A stretch of DNA of 35,462 nt from a virus. The stretch lies in the IMG/VR virus record IMGVR_UViG_3300045988_071887. The stretch is one strand, 5' to 3'. How positions within the stretch are numbered: the stretch's first letter is position 1; each line of letters starts with the position of its first letter. The notes beneath the pieces were generated by a model. The model ran no database searches. It was not told where the DNA came from and worked only from the letters and a program-made list of their open reading frames with translations. A program made the position numbers and the translations under genes. Below, one piece after another: positions 1 through 8,086 of this stretch.

Positions 1-67
1 CCAATATGCGACAGCCCTGTACGACGGGCAGACTGACGAACTAATCAAGATCATAGCGCAATGTTAA
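1..67 (+). CDS. 3' fragment of the head-tail connector gene (duplicate of 35344..35410)
   Basis: Encodes ...QYATALYDGQTDELIKIIAQC-stop, identical to the end of the 34958..35410 ORF. Confidence 0.85.
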   Translation, partial: QYATALYDGQTDELIKIIAQC

Positions 68-119
68 GACAACCGAGAAACGCGAGGACATACAGGCAGC
101 CGATAGAGCTGCTGTTTGC
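1..119. repeat. Terminal direct repeat, copy 1 (assembly overlap / circular closure)
   Basis: ccaatatgcgacagccc...gctgctgtttgc is identical to 35344..35462 (offset 35343). Confidence 0.95.
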
Positions 120-399
120 TGAACCGCACACGGACGAATACGGGCATGTCAGCCTTGGCGAGCCGCGCGTGGTGCTCCGCGTTTTCGCGTCGGTCGAACA
201 GATGAGCGCAACGAAGTCGATGATGACGTTCCAGCAGGCTGACGTCGTGGGCGTGGACATCGAGATGCGGTGGACGGCGGCCAAGTTCAACGGCATACGC
301 TGGCAAGGCCACGACATCGTGTTCTCACAGCCGGAAAACGTAGGCATGCGCAACCGGATAATGCGCATATCAGGATATTACCAAGTCGACAACCCCTGA
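61..399 (+). CDS. Head-tail adaptor / head closure protein (SPP1 gp16 / Phage_H_T_join-like)
   Basis: 112 aa. The ATG overlaps the upstream stop (ATGTTAA). Size, position after the gp6-like connector and the pattern RQPIELL..DEYG....VFASVEQMS resemble the head-tail joining family. Confidence 0.65.
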   Translation: MLRQPRNARTYRQPIELLFAEPHTDEYGHVSLGEPRVVLRVFASVEQMSATKSMMTFQQADVVGVDIEMRWTAAKFNGIRWQGHDIVFSQPENVGMRNRIMRISGYYQVDNP

Positions 400-410
400 C
401 GCGGAGAGCT

Positions 411-923
411 ATGGAGCAGGACGGATTCATTGTCGAGAATTTTCCGGAGCTGAAAAAGGCCTTCGGGAAGCACACGGCTGAAGTCAGGAGGGTGTGCGAC
501 GAGGCTCTGTCAAAGGGCGCGATGTCCATCATATCCGAGGCGCAGCATAACCTGCGGATGAACGGCACGAACACCACCGGACTGCTTTCCAACAGCGGAC
601 GCGCGGAGAAGCTGGGCAGTTGCGACTATCAGGCGGGCTTCTTCTCCGAGGAACAGGGCAGAGGCTATGCCGAGTACGTGGAGAACGGGCGCAAGGCTGG
701 CAAGATGCCGCCGCCGAAGATACTGACGGCATGGGTGAGGAAGAAGCTCCGGATCCGCAAGGAGAAGCAGGCGGCCTCCGTCGCTTTCTTGATAGCGCGG
801 AAAATCGCGAAGAAGGGCACAAAGGCGCAGCCGTTCTTCGGTCCGGCAGTAGCTTCGCAGCAGAAGGTCATATACAACGAAATAAAGACGGCATTAATGA
901 AGATAATCAACAGGGGCAAATGA
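411..923 (+). CDS. HK97 gp10-family neck/tail-completion protein
   Basis: 170 aa from the internal ATG at 411 of ORF 270..923. It has the C-terminal ...GTKAQPFFGPA... motif and the size typical of the HK97 gp10 family, and its position is syntenic. Confidence 0.6.
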   Translation: MEQDGFIVENFPELKKAFGKHTAEVRRVCDEALSKGAMSIISEAQHNLRMNGTNTTGLLSNSGRAEKLGSCDYQAGFFSEEQGRGYAEYVENGRKAGKMPPPKILTAWVRKKLRIRKEKQAASVAFLIARKIAKKGTKAQPFFGPAVASQQKVIYNEIKTALMKIINRGK

Positions 924-1315
924 TAGACATCAACAAGAGCATACAGGCATGTGACGAGCTTTTCCGTCACCTGACAAGAGCGATGCAGCGCAAGGGCGTA
1001 TTTGTCGGCAGCACCGCCGGCTATCCGCGCGCGGAGATTGCCTCAATCAACGAGCAGAGCGGCATCGGCAAGGGCGGTGACGTGCGTCAGATACTCGTGT
1101 CCATTGATTCGATGTCGAGCAGGAGCCTCGGCGAGGCGCTGGCAATCAGTCAGAGGAATCTGGACCTCATCAAGGAGGCAGAGGACACTACTGACAACTT
1201 CCGCATTCTGGGCGTGACCGAAAGCACCGCACAGACGATGGAAGACATGACGGAGACACAAGTCGTCCTCTATCGCGTAATTAATAGTTTAACTTTTTAT
1301 CTAGCAGCTAAATAA
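920..1315 (+). CDS. Putative tail terminator/completion protein (by position only)
   Basis: 131 aa from ATG 920 (ATGA start/stop overlap). It lies between the gp10-like gene and the major tail gene. No motif was recognised. Confidence 0.45.
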   Translation: MIDINKSIQACDELFRHLTRAMQRKGVFVGSTAGYPRAEIASINEQSGIGKGGDVRQILVSIDSMSSRSLGEALAISQRNLDLIKEAEDTTDNFRILGVTESTAQTMEDMTETQVVLYRVINSLTFYLAAK

Positions 1316-1316
1316 A

Positions 1317-1757
1317 ATGGTAAAATTGGGAAATGTGAGGAAATTCTACCTCACGACCGGAAAGACGGGCGGCACCTTCACATGGCTGAAGGGCGAGCAG
1401 AACAACAGCTTCAACCGCTCGGCAGAATCTATCGAGGTGAGTGACAAGTCTAACGACTGGGCACAATTCATTTCGGGCAAGAAGGGCGCGACCGCTTCGG
1501 TGACAGTCTTCACGGACGACACGGCGACCGAGCCGCAGCACAAGATGATCAGTTCTCTCCACAATGGGCAGCCGGTGTACGGCTTCATCGGCGAGCTGTC
1601 AGGAGACGGCGCGACTACACCGACGGAGGGAGACCTCTTCGAGGCTATCATCACCGGAATTTCGGACACCAACGACTACGGCGCGGTTGCGTCTCGTTCG
1701 ATGGACCTGACAATTACAGGAGCGCCGACACACTATCCGGCAATAACGGAGGAGTAG
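1317..1757 (+). CDS. Major tail (tube) protein, TP901-1/phi13-like
   Basis: 146 aa, lying immediately upstream of the chaperone frameshift pair and the TMP. The N-terminal motif VRKFYL..G....TFTWLKGEQNNSF..SAE.IEVSDKS is typical of siphovirus tube proteins. Confidence 0.7.
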   Translation: MVKLGNVRKFYLTTGKTGGTFTWLKGEQNNSFNRSAESIEVSDKSNDWAQFISGKKGATASVTVFTDDTATEPQHKMISSLHNGQPVYGFIGELSGDGATTPTEGDLFEAIITGISDTNDYGAVASRSMDLTITGAPTHYPAITEE

Positions 1758-1758
1758 C

Positions 1759-2289
1759 ATGGCGGCGGTTCTGGTCATTGAACTGAAGAAAGGCGTGGCG
1801 GTTAATGTTCTGATTACGCCGCGCCTTTTTGTTTACAAGGGACGCCAGGGCGTCACCTTGGAGGCTGACGGGGAAAACATCCCCGCCGTCATGTCGCTGT
1901 ATGCGGACGTGCTGTATTGCGGTGCGCTGAACTGGTGGGAGCTCTCCGGCAAGGATGCGGACGAGTTCGAATACAAACGCATGGACTTCCACGTCTGGGC
2001 AGCCGAGCATCCGGACGAGTTCGGGCGCATTGTCGCAAAGGCCGTGCGGCTGCTGTCAGGAAAGAGCCTTGCGGAGCTGACGGACGAGGCAAAGAAGAAG
2101 CAGGACGCAAAAAAAAAATCTCTGTGTGGCTGGATTACGCGGATATTGAGGCGTTTCTGGTGGGGAGGTGCGGCAAAAGTGAGGAAGAAGCGGGATGGGT
2201 CAGCATGCGGCAGTACATCCTCCTGCGTGAGGCGGCGGAACAGGACGAGCGGCGGAAATGGGAGCGCGCAAGGTGGCAGATGTTCCTAG
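1759..2289 (+). CDS. Tail assembly chaperone, unshifted (G-like) product
   Basis: 176-aa 0-frame ORF directly upstream of the TMP. After the A10 run the 0-frame continues with a low-complexity R/G/S-rich tail that looks non-coding. Confidence 0.6.
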   Translation: MAAVLVIELKKGVAVNVLITPRLFVYKGRQGVTLEADGENIPAVMSLYADVLYCGALNWWELSGKDADEFEYKRMDFHVWAAEHPDEFGRIVAKAVRLLSGKSLAELTDEAKKKQDAKKKSLCGWITRILRRFWWGGAAKVRKKRDGSACGSTSSCVRRRNRTSGGNGSAQGGRCS

Positions 2290-2483
2290 CCTTGCAAATG
2301 AACCCTTACGTGAAGCAGAAGCCGTCCACGCCGGCGCTGTGGGTGCCGTTCGCATGGGAGAAGGACGCGGAGGCTGCAAAGGCACAGGAAGGAGACTGGC
2401 AAGTATCACAGCATGAACAACTGGAATTGGACAGATTGCTGGAAGATTTCATAACATCAAAAGAACATGGGAAAGATAGGTGA
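1759..2483 (+). CDS. Tail assembly chaperone, -1 frameshift fusion (GT-like) product, join(1759..2118,2118..2483)
   Basis: The -1 frame after the A10 run reads KKKISVWLDYADIEAFLVGRCGKSEEEAGWVSMRQYILLREAAEQDERRKWE..., which is clearly protein-like. It ends 17 nt inside the TMP gene. This is the canonical G/GT arrangement. Confidence 0.7.
2109..2118 (+). promoter_or_regulatory. Slippery A10 run (A AAA AAA type) for -1 ribosomal frameshifting
   Basis: 0-frame codons read gca aaa aaa aaa tct. The -1 frame reads aaa aaa aaa atc tct gtg tgg (KKKISVW). Confidence 0.65.
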
Positions 2484-4110
2484 CCTCTGGGTCAAGTTGA
2501 AACTCAAATCGGACGAATACAAGAAAGGGCTGGACGAGGCACAAAGCAAGACGCGGTCTTTTGCGGACAAGATAAAGGGTCTTTCTGCCGCAGCAGTTGC
2601 TGTGTGGGGAGCTATTGGCGCAGCAGCGACCAAGATGGCGCTTGACTTTGTCAAGTCCTCACAGACGATCGGAGACCAATGGGACATTCTTATGACGCAA
2701 GTCTCCACACGCTTGCAGCAGATACGTGCGGAATTCAACAGAGAGATAGCAGCGAACGGGTGGTTCAAAGGCTTTTTCAAGGCCTTTTTTTCCGACACAA
2801 CGGAAGTCGAAGCTATGGCTGTCGGTAAGGCTCTGTCTCAAGCCAAGGACGCCATGACGGAGATAGAGTATGCGTTCAGACTGAACATGGAGCAAACCGG
2901 TCCGAAACTTCACGAACTATATCTCAAAATGATGAATTCCGCGCTCTCTGCTTCTGATAGAGAGGCAGCGGCAAAGGACTACCGCAAGGAGGTAGAGGAC
3001 ATCTACGCGCCGCGAGTGAAAGGAATTAAGGACATCCTAGACAAGACTGTCCAGCAATATCTTGTGTTAGGCGGGATATCTCCGAATAAGTATAGCACCG
3101 AGAAGGTTGTAGACCTCATCAAGATGATGGGTTCAGATCCGGCCAAAGTTGAGCGCGAGTATAGTGATTTCTTCGCTGGTTATCAGAACCTCAGCGACGA
3201 CATCTCCGGCAATCTCGTGTCCACTATGGAGGCGTACTATAACACTATCAATGAGATGAACGACATGCTGAAGCGTGCCGACCGAACAGCGCAATCAATG
3301 GAGAATACAGGACTTGACGACCTCATCAAGAAACTTGGCAGCGTCAAGGACGGCATGTCGGACTTCCGTGCACAGGTCGCGGAAGAAGCGGAAGTGATGG
3401 CCGCCGACGAGGAGTTCCAGAAGATGTCCGACCCTCTGGAAGAGTTCGAGCGGACACACGACGAGGTGTTGAGCAACATGACGGAGAAGCAGCGGACATT
3501 CGCGGAGTTCGCACAGGAATCATTTGAGAAGGCAGCACGCGCCACGTATAATTACGCGCAACAGGAGCAAGAATCAATGAATATCGCTCAAGATGCAGCC
3601 GACACGGCAATAGAAGGACTGGAACAGCTCGAAAAGGCGTCTATTGCTGTTGGCGAATACCTCGGCGATGCTTTTGCAGCGAGCGTCTCGGATAGTTTCC
3701 AAACGCTTACAGACGCTCTCTCAGGCGTTAGCGACCTCGATGCTGGTTCGCTTACCTCGGCGCTCCTCAAACCGTTTGCGGATATGGCGAAGCAGATGGG
3801 TGAATTTCTTGTATCAATGGGAACCGCCATTCTGATTACCAAGAGGCTAGCCATCAAGAAGCCTGAATTAATGATAGCGGCAGGTGTTGCACTGACAGCT
3901 CTAGGCGCAGCCCTGTCAAGCGGCATACAGGCAATTTCCAATTCACTCGGCAGTGGCGGCGGTGCGTCATCATCCGCATCGGCAGGATCATCTACTCCAA
4001 CAACCGACAGCAACATTTCCACGGAAATGACAGTCTACGTGAAGGGCAAGATTTCCGGCAAGGACATACTCATATCGGGCGACAATGCACGAAGTTATTA
4101 CGGGAGGTAA
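2467..4110 (+). CDS. Tape measure protein
   Basis: 547 aa, helical and charged, with a C-terminal hydrophobic G/A/S-rich segment (LMIAAGVALTALGAALSSGIQAISNSLGSGGGASSS). It follows the chaperone frameshift pair. Confidence 0.8.
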   Translation: MGKIGDLWVKLKLKSDEYKKGLDEAQSKTRSFADKIKGLSAAAVAVWGAIGAAATKMALDFVKSSQTIGDQWDILMTQVSTRLQQIRAEFNREIAANGWFKGFFKAFFSDTTEVEAMAVGKALSQAKDAMTEIEYAFRLNMEQTGPKLHELYLKMMNSALSASDREAAAKDYRKEVEDIYAPRVKGIKDILDKTVQQYLVLGGISPNKYSTEKVVDLIKMMGSDPAKVEREYSDFFAGYQNLSDDISGNLVSTMEAYYNTINEMNDMLKRADRTAQSMENTGLDDLIKKLGSVKDGMSDFRAQVAEEAEVMAADEEFQKMSDPLEEFERTHDEVLSNMTEKQRTFAEFAQESFEKAARATYNYAQQEQESMNIAQDAADTAIEGLEQLEKASIAVGEYLGDAFAASVSDSFQTLTDALSGVSDLDAGSLTSALLKPFADMAKQMGEFLVSMGTAILITKRLAIKKPELMIAAGVALTALGAALSSGIQAISNSLGSGGGASSSASAGSSTPTTDSNISTEMTVYVKGKISGKDILISGDNARSYYGR

Positions 4111-4111
4111 C

Positions 4112-6400
4112 ATGGCGGAATATGGACTTAAATATGTGGCGAATTTCGACAGCCGAAAGGAAGCCGGCGCAAAGGCATTCACCTTGGAGATATGGCAGAA
4201 GGATCTGCCGCAATCATTCGAGGCAAAGACTATCCGCGCATGGCGAGGGCTGACGCTTGAGGTCGACGGAGACGACGACCCTGTCTCTCCTATCCAGAAG
4301 ACCATCGTGAATTTTACGCTCGTGGACGCGCCGGAAATTGCGGATGCGGCGACGGAGAAGTCTGGAGACTGGCAGGAGTTCTTCACGCCTGACAGCACAA
4401 TGTATAAGGTTATCATCAAGCAAGGGCAGCAATACTTGTGGAGCGGATTCATAACGCCCGACAACTGGCAGGAATCGCTGGACTATCGCGGAGCGGTGAC
4501 CATTACCGCACGCGACAACATCGGCCATCTCCAGGACTTCGATTTCGACCTTCAGGGAGACAATGCCGGCACGGCGACGATTGCCAACCTGCTGAAGGCG
4601 GCAATCGACAAGATAGACTTCCAGATGGCTATATATTACCTTCTCGGCGAGTGGGAGTATCAGTCTGCACACAAATGGATATTATACGACAATTCGGAAT
4701 TGGCGGACTTCCGCGTGAATGTGTCGCAGTTCGAAGGCAAGAACTGGTACGATGTCGTGGAATCAGTATTGTCCTCGTTGGGCCTGTTTATCCGTTACAC
4801 AGGGAACAACCAATACGTTGTGGGCCATCTGCGTTACTTGCCGTGGTTGGGGAATCCGACGCAGCAGAGCACTGATGTGCAGGATGTCGTTTTCCTCGGC
4901 GGCGGCACTCGCACCTACAAGCCGGCGTATAAGCGGATAGTCGAGAATATGAAATATGACTTCAGTGAAGAGGCGCAATATGAAGCATCGGACGGCTTGT
5001 CATTGAAAGCAGCTACCGACACATACACGACCAACATCTCCGTAATGATTCAGGAGCGTCCGGCGACATACGCGCAGATAACGGGTGCCGTTACTCGGAA
5101 CACCAATGCTGCCGCTAAAGGCTGGCAGACAGGAAACGGCTTCGGTCCATTGGCTGGCAGGACATCATCCGAGCTGGACCTTGACCACATAGCGCTATTG
5201 GCCGCCAACGAAAAAACCGCGTCAAAAGTGTTCGTCTACGACATCGACACATTGCTGGCCGGCATGAACGGCACGCTGGAGCTGCAATTCGCAGAAAGTC
5301 CTGCGATATATGCACAGCGAAGGGGGCGACAACCTGAATATGTGCTGCTGACACATTCTACGACTGGAGAAAGCGGTGGAATGACGGAAAGAAAAGAATT
5401 CACTCCGCACCTGTCGTCGCTCAAGTATGCGCTGATATTCACGACTTTGGACGGCACAAAATATTATAAGACAGAAACGAGCTGGCAGCAGGGGAGCAAG
5501 ATTCTTGAATATAACGAAAATCAGAATGCCGGCTCCATATCTTTCAATCTCGAGGATTCGTCCACCCTCATCGGGCAGACTCTGATGCGCACGGCCGGCC
5601 GCCTGCGTCTTGTCCTGTCGGAGATATACTTCGATGTCGGAGATGCTAACGTGTTATTGACGCCTCAAGGCTGCGGTGTATATATGGCTGTCACCGGCAT
5701 TTCCCTGAAGGCCGAAGCTGTCGGCAAACTGGAGTCAGACACGACCACGACAATCAACAATGACCATTACAACGTGACGGAAACGCGCTCTCCGGACATA
5801 GGGTTCCTGAGCCGTGACGTGGTTTGGCAAACGTCGCAGAACTACGGCAACGCCGTGTATTATGCGAACAGCGAGGGGCTCGTCGCGCCTGTCCTGTATC
5901 GCGTCACCTGGGATGGCGTGACTTCTCCGTTTCCGGTGTTCATTCACAAGCAGATCCTCCAATACCACCGCGAGCCGATGCAGATGCTGGAGGGTGACTG
6001 CATGCCTTCGCCGGCAGGAGTATGGAACTACAATGCCGTCGTCAGATACAAGGGGCATAAATTCCTGTTGCAGGGCGGCACGTATGACTTCGTTTCGGGC
6101 ATCATGTCCGGAGTGCGGCTCCACGAGTTCGAGCAGTACGACGACATCTGGAGCGAGGATGCACCGGAAGTGGGCGGCGTGTGGTCCGTGACGCTGGAGG
6201 CGGTTGGCCCGAACAAGATGCAAGTCATACATGCCCTGGTCGACAGCGCCGGCATTGCCTTAAAGGACGCAAAGACCATTGCGGACAATGCGCCTTCACT
6301 GGTAGGCAATAATTACACCCATGCTGAAGCACAGAGCATCCAGAAAGCGATAGCGGCGGCCGGAGGTACGGCCACCATTGCAGAAGTGACTACTAACTAA
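4112..6400 (+). CDS. Tail-tip/baseplate protein (Dit/Tal-like) with C-terminal bL12-CTD-like domain
   Basis: 762 aa from ATG 4112, with GGGAGG 5 nt upstream. It is the first large ORF after the TMP. The N-terminus MAEYGLKYVANFDS...FTLEIWQKD resembles distal-tail proteins of Bacteroidota phages. Confidence 0.6.
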   Translation: MAEYGLKYVANFDSRKEAGAKAFTLEIWQKDLPQSFEAKTIRAWRGLTLEVDGDDDPVSPIQKTIVNFTLVDAPEIADAATEKSGDWQEFFTPDSTMYKVIIKQGQQYLWSGFITPDNWQESLDYRGAVTITARDNIGHLQDFDFDLQGDNAGTATIANLLKAAIDKIDFQMAIYYLLGEWEYQSAHKWILYDNSELADFRVNVSQFEGKNWYDVVESVLSSLGLFIRYTGNNQYVVGHLRYLPWLGNPTQQSTDVQDVVFLGGGTRTYKPAYKRIVENMKYDFSEEAQYEASDGLSLKAATDTYTTNISVMIQERPATYAQITGAVTRNTNAAAKGWQTGNGFGPLAGRTSSELDLDHIALLAANEKTASKVFVYDIDTLLAGMNGTLELQFAESPAIYAQRRGRQPEYVLLTHSTTGESGGMTERKEFTPHLSSLKYALIFTTLDGTKYYKTETSWQQGSKILEYNENQNAGSISFNLEDSSTLIGQTLMRTAGRLRLVLSEIYFDVGDANVLLTPQGCGVYMAVTGISLKAEAVGKLESDTTTTINNDHYNVTETRSPDIGFLSRDVVWQTSQNYGNAVYYANSEGLVAPVLYRVTWDGVTSPFPVFIHKQILQYHREPMQMLEGDCMPSPAGVWNYNAVVRYKGHKFLLQGGTYDFVSGIMSGVRLHEFEQYDDIWSEDAPEVGGVWSVTLEAVGPNKMQVIHALVDSAGIALKDAKTIADNAPSLVGNNYTHAEAQSIQKAIAAAGGTATIAEVTTN
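6181..6397 (+). other. Ribosomal protein bL12 (L7/L12) C-terminal-domain-like module at the end of the tail-tip protein
   Basis: VWSVTLEAVGPNKMQVIHALVDSAGIALKDAKTIADNAPSLVGNNYTHAEAQSIQKAIAAAGGTATI aligns without gaps to E. coli bL12 [66 protein letters not shown]. About 21 of 66 residues are identical, including the GxNK..VI, G(L/I)xLK(E/D)AK, AP and AG motifs. Confidence 0.7.
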
Positions 6401-6415
6401 TTAATTATCATAATC

Positions 6416-7480
6416 ATGACAGCATTAAAGAAAATACGAATCGGCACGGACGCCATCATTGCCCTGTCGGTCAACATATCCGGCAAGCCGGTGACATGGA
6501 GCGAGGGCGACATCCGTCACGTGTACGCCTTCTCGGACGTCCAGGGCCAGCCAGTGGCGGAAATGTCCCACAAGGCTGAAGGGCAGACGCTGCGCTGCAC
6601 ATACGCGGCAAAAGACCAGAATTATACAGGACCTTTCCGTGTTATCGTCGAGTTCGCGGACGGCAAGGCGTTCTCTTCGTCGCTTGACGTTCCGGCATTC
6701 GAGATCGTCAGAACTACGGAAGAAGCGGATGCCGACACTGGAGAGGTCGTCCTGGACATTGACGGCACTATGCGCTTCTATTCATTATCCGAGGCAATCG
6801 CCAAGATAGAGGCTGCGACAAAAGCGGCCACCGATGCGGCAGCGGCAGCTGACAGGTCTGCCGGCAATGCGGACGCGAAAGCCACGGCGGCCAACGAGGC
6901 GGCGGTGAAGGCCAATGCGGCAGCAAAGGCGGCAGGAGCGACGAACACTAGCATCGCAGAGGCAGAGGAGCAGCGCGTCAATGCTGAAAACGCACGAAAA
7001 GAGGCTGAACTGGCACGTGCGGACGCGGAGAAGGCAAGAGCTTCGGCAGAGGACGAACGCGCCGAGGCAGAAGCCAAAAGGGCGGAAGCAGAGGAACAGA
7101 GAGCTACCGGCGAGCAGGCTCGTGTGAACGCCGAAACTGGCCGTGTCAATGCGGAATCTGCAAGGGTGAAGGCGGAAAGCGCAAGAGCCAATGCTGAAGC
7201 GACAAGAGCGGCAAACGAGGAGCAGCGGCAGAATAACGAGAAGGCAAGATCATCGGAAGAGGCTGTCCGCGTGGAAGCGGAAAAAGGAAGGGTAGCCGCC
7301 GAATCAGCACGTGTGACAGAGTTCGCTCGCCTGAAGAATGAATCAGAGACGGCAACGGACAATGCGACAAAGGCCGCGACAAGGGCGAACACTGCGGCGG
7401 CAGCGGCGGAGAAAGCAGCCACGATTGAGATTGTCGTGGATGCGGAGACAGGCATCATCAGCGTAATTAAGGACAAATAA
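6416..7480 (+). CDS. Tail fiber/whisker protein: N-terminal beta domain plus long E-x-x-R heptad coiled coil
   Basis: 354 aa. The N-terminal ~100 aa are beta-rich and are followed by an Ala/Glu/Arg-rich helical repeat region. It is located in the tail fiber block. Confidence 0.6.
   Translation: MTALKKIRIGTDAIIALSVNISGKPVTWSEGDIRHVYAFSDVQGQPVAEMSHKAEGQTLRCTYAAKDQNYTGPFRVIVEFADGKAFSSSLDVPAFEIVRTTEEADADTGEVVLDIDGTMRFYSLSEAIAKIEAATKAATDAAAAADRSAGNADAKATAANEAAVKANAAAKAAGATNTSIAEAEEQRVNAENARKEAELARADAEKARASAEDERAEAEAKRAEAEEQRATGEQARVNAETGRVNAESARVKAESARANAEATRAANEEQRQNNEKARSSEEAVRVEAEKGRVAAESARVTEFARLKNESETATDNATKAATRANTAAAAAEKAATIEIVVDAETGIISVIKDK
6962..7339 (+). repeat. 18 in-phase heptad repeats (A/N)-E-x-x-R-x-x
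   Basis: AEEQRVN AENARKE AELARAD AEKARAS AEDERAE AEAKRAE AEEQRAT GEQARVN AETGRVN AESARVK AESARAN AEATRAA NEEQRQN NEKARSS EEAVRVE AEKGRVA AESARVT EFARLKN. Confidence 0.9.
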
Positions 7481-7491
7481 AATCAAACGAT

Positions 7492-8073
7492 ATGGCAAAG
7501 GAAAACAAGACGATTGGCCGAGTGCCGGTGTCGAGGCACGAATACACCGACGGGGCGACTTATTACAAAGACAACATAGTGACAAGGTACGGCTCAGCCT
7601 TCCAGTGCGTGGTAGATTCTACCACTACGCCTCCGGCGACGATTGACGCTTCAGGCAAGGTGACGCTCGGCGAAGGGTGGATTTTCTTCGCGGACGCTTC
7701 CGGCGTGGCGGAGGTGAAGAATGCAGTCGAGGCCCTCAAGTCCGGCAAGGTGACAGACAACAGGGTGCTGGCTGAGGCTCTCGTAAGTCTTGAAGCCCGC
7801 ATCACCGCTCTTGAAGGCGGAAAGCCGTACCTCGGCGACGCAACTGCAGGCGTCATTGACGTTAATGAAATCACGCGGGCACGTTATCCGCTCGTGATGG
7901 TCGCGCACGGAGTTCCTGCTGAGGCAAACGTGCCGGACAACCTCCCTGCGGGGCTTCCGTGGGACGGAGTTCCCGCCTTCGTAGGGCAGCAGTACGTCAA
8001 CCTTGACGCTCCTTCCGGCGGTCTCTACTATGCGACAGGTAACGAGAATGTGAGTGATTGGAAACAGGCTTAA
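7492..8073 (+). CDS. Tail fiber / receptor-binding-type protein
   Basis: 193 aa. The N-terminal motif GRVPVSRHEYTDGATYYKDNIVTRYGSAFQCV is common in phage fiber proteins. A short coiled coil (LAEALVSLEARITALEG) follows. It lies in the fiber block. Confidence 0.5.
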   Translation: MAKENKTIGRVPVSRHEYTDGATYYKDNIVTRYGSAFQCVVDSTTTPPATIDASGKVTLGEGWIFFADASGVAEVKNAVEALKSGKVTDNRVLAEALVSLEARITALEGGKPYLGDATAGVIDVNEITRARYPLVMVAHGVPAEANVPDNLPAGLPWDGVPAFVGQQYVNLDAPSGGLYYATGNENVSDWKQA

Positions 8074-8086
8074 AAAGGATTGAATT

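Noticed and set aside
2119-2289. 0-frame continuation of the chaperone ORF as genuine coding sequence.
   Set aside because: The translation (SLCGWITRILRRFWWGGAAKVRKKRDGSACGSTSSCVRRRNRTSGGNGSAQGGRCS) is Arg/Gly/Ser-rich junk-like sequence. The overlapping -1 frame is clearly protein-like. It is kept only as the formal end of the unshifted product.
6778-7476. Long antisense ORF (232 aa, Ala/Ser/Phe-rich) opposite the fiber gene. Similar shadow ORFs occur at 19718-20497, 25442-26071, 17407-17802, 31948-32961, 33550-34305 and 3588-4022.
   Set aside because: They are the mirror image of GC-rich or repetitive sense genes with clear homology (fiber heptads, erf, portal/MuF, MCP, TMP). Their translations are low-complexity and lack start context, so they are typical shadow ORFs.
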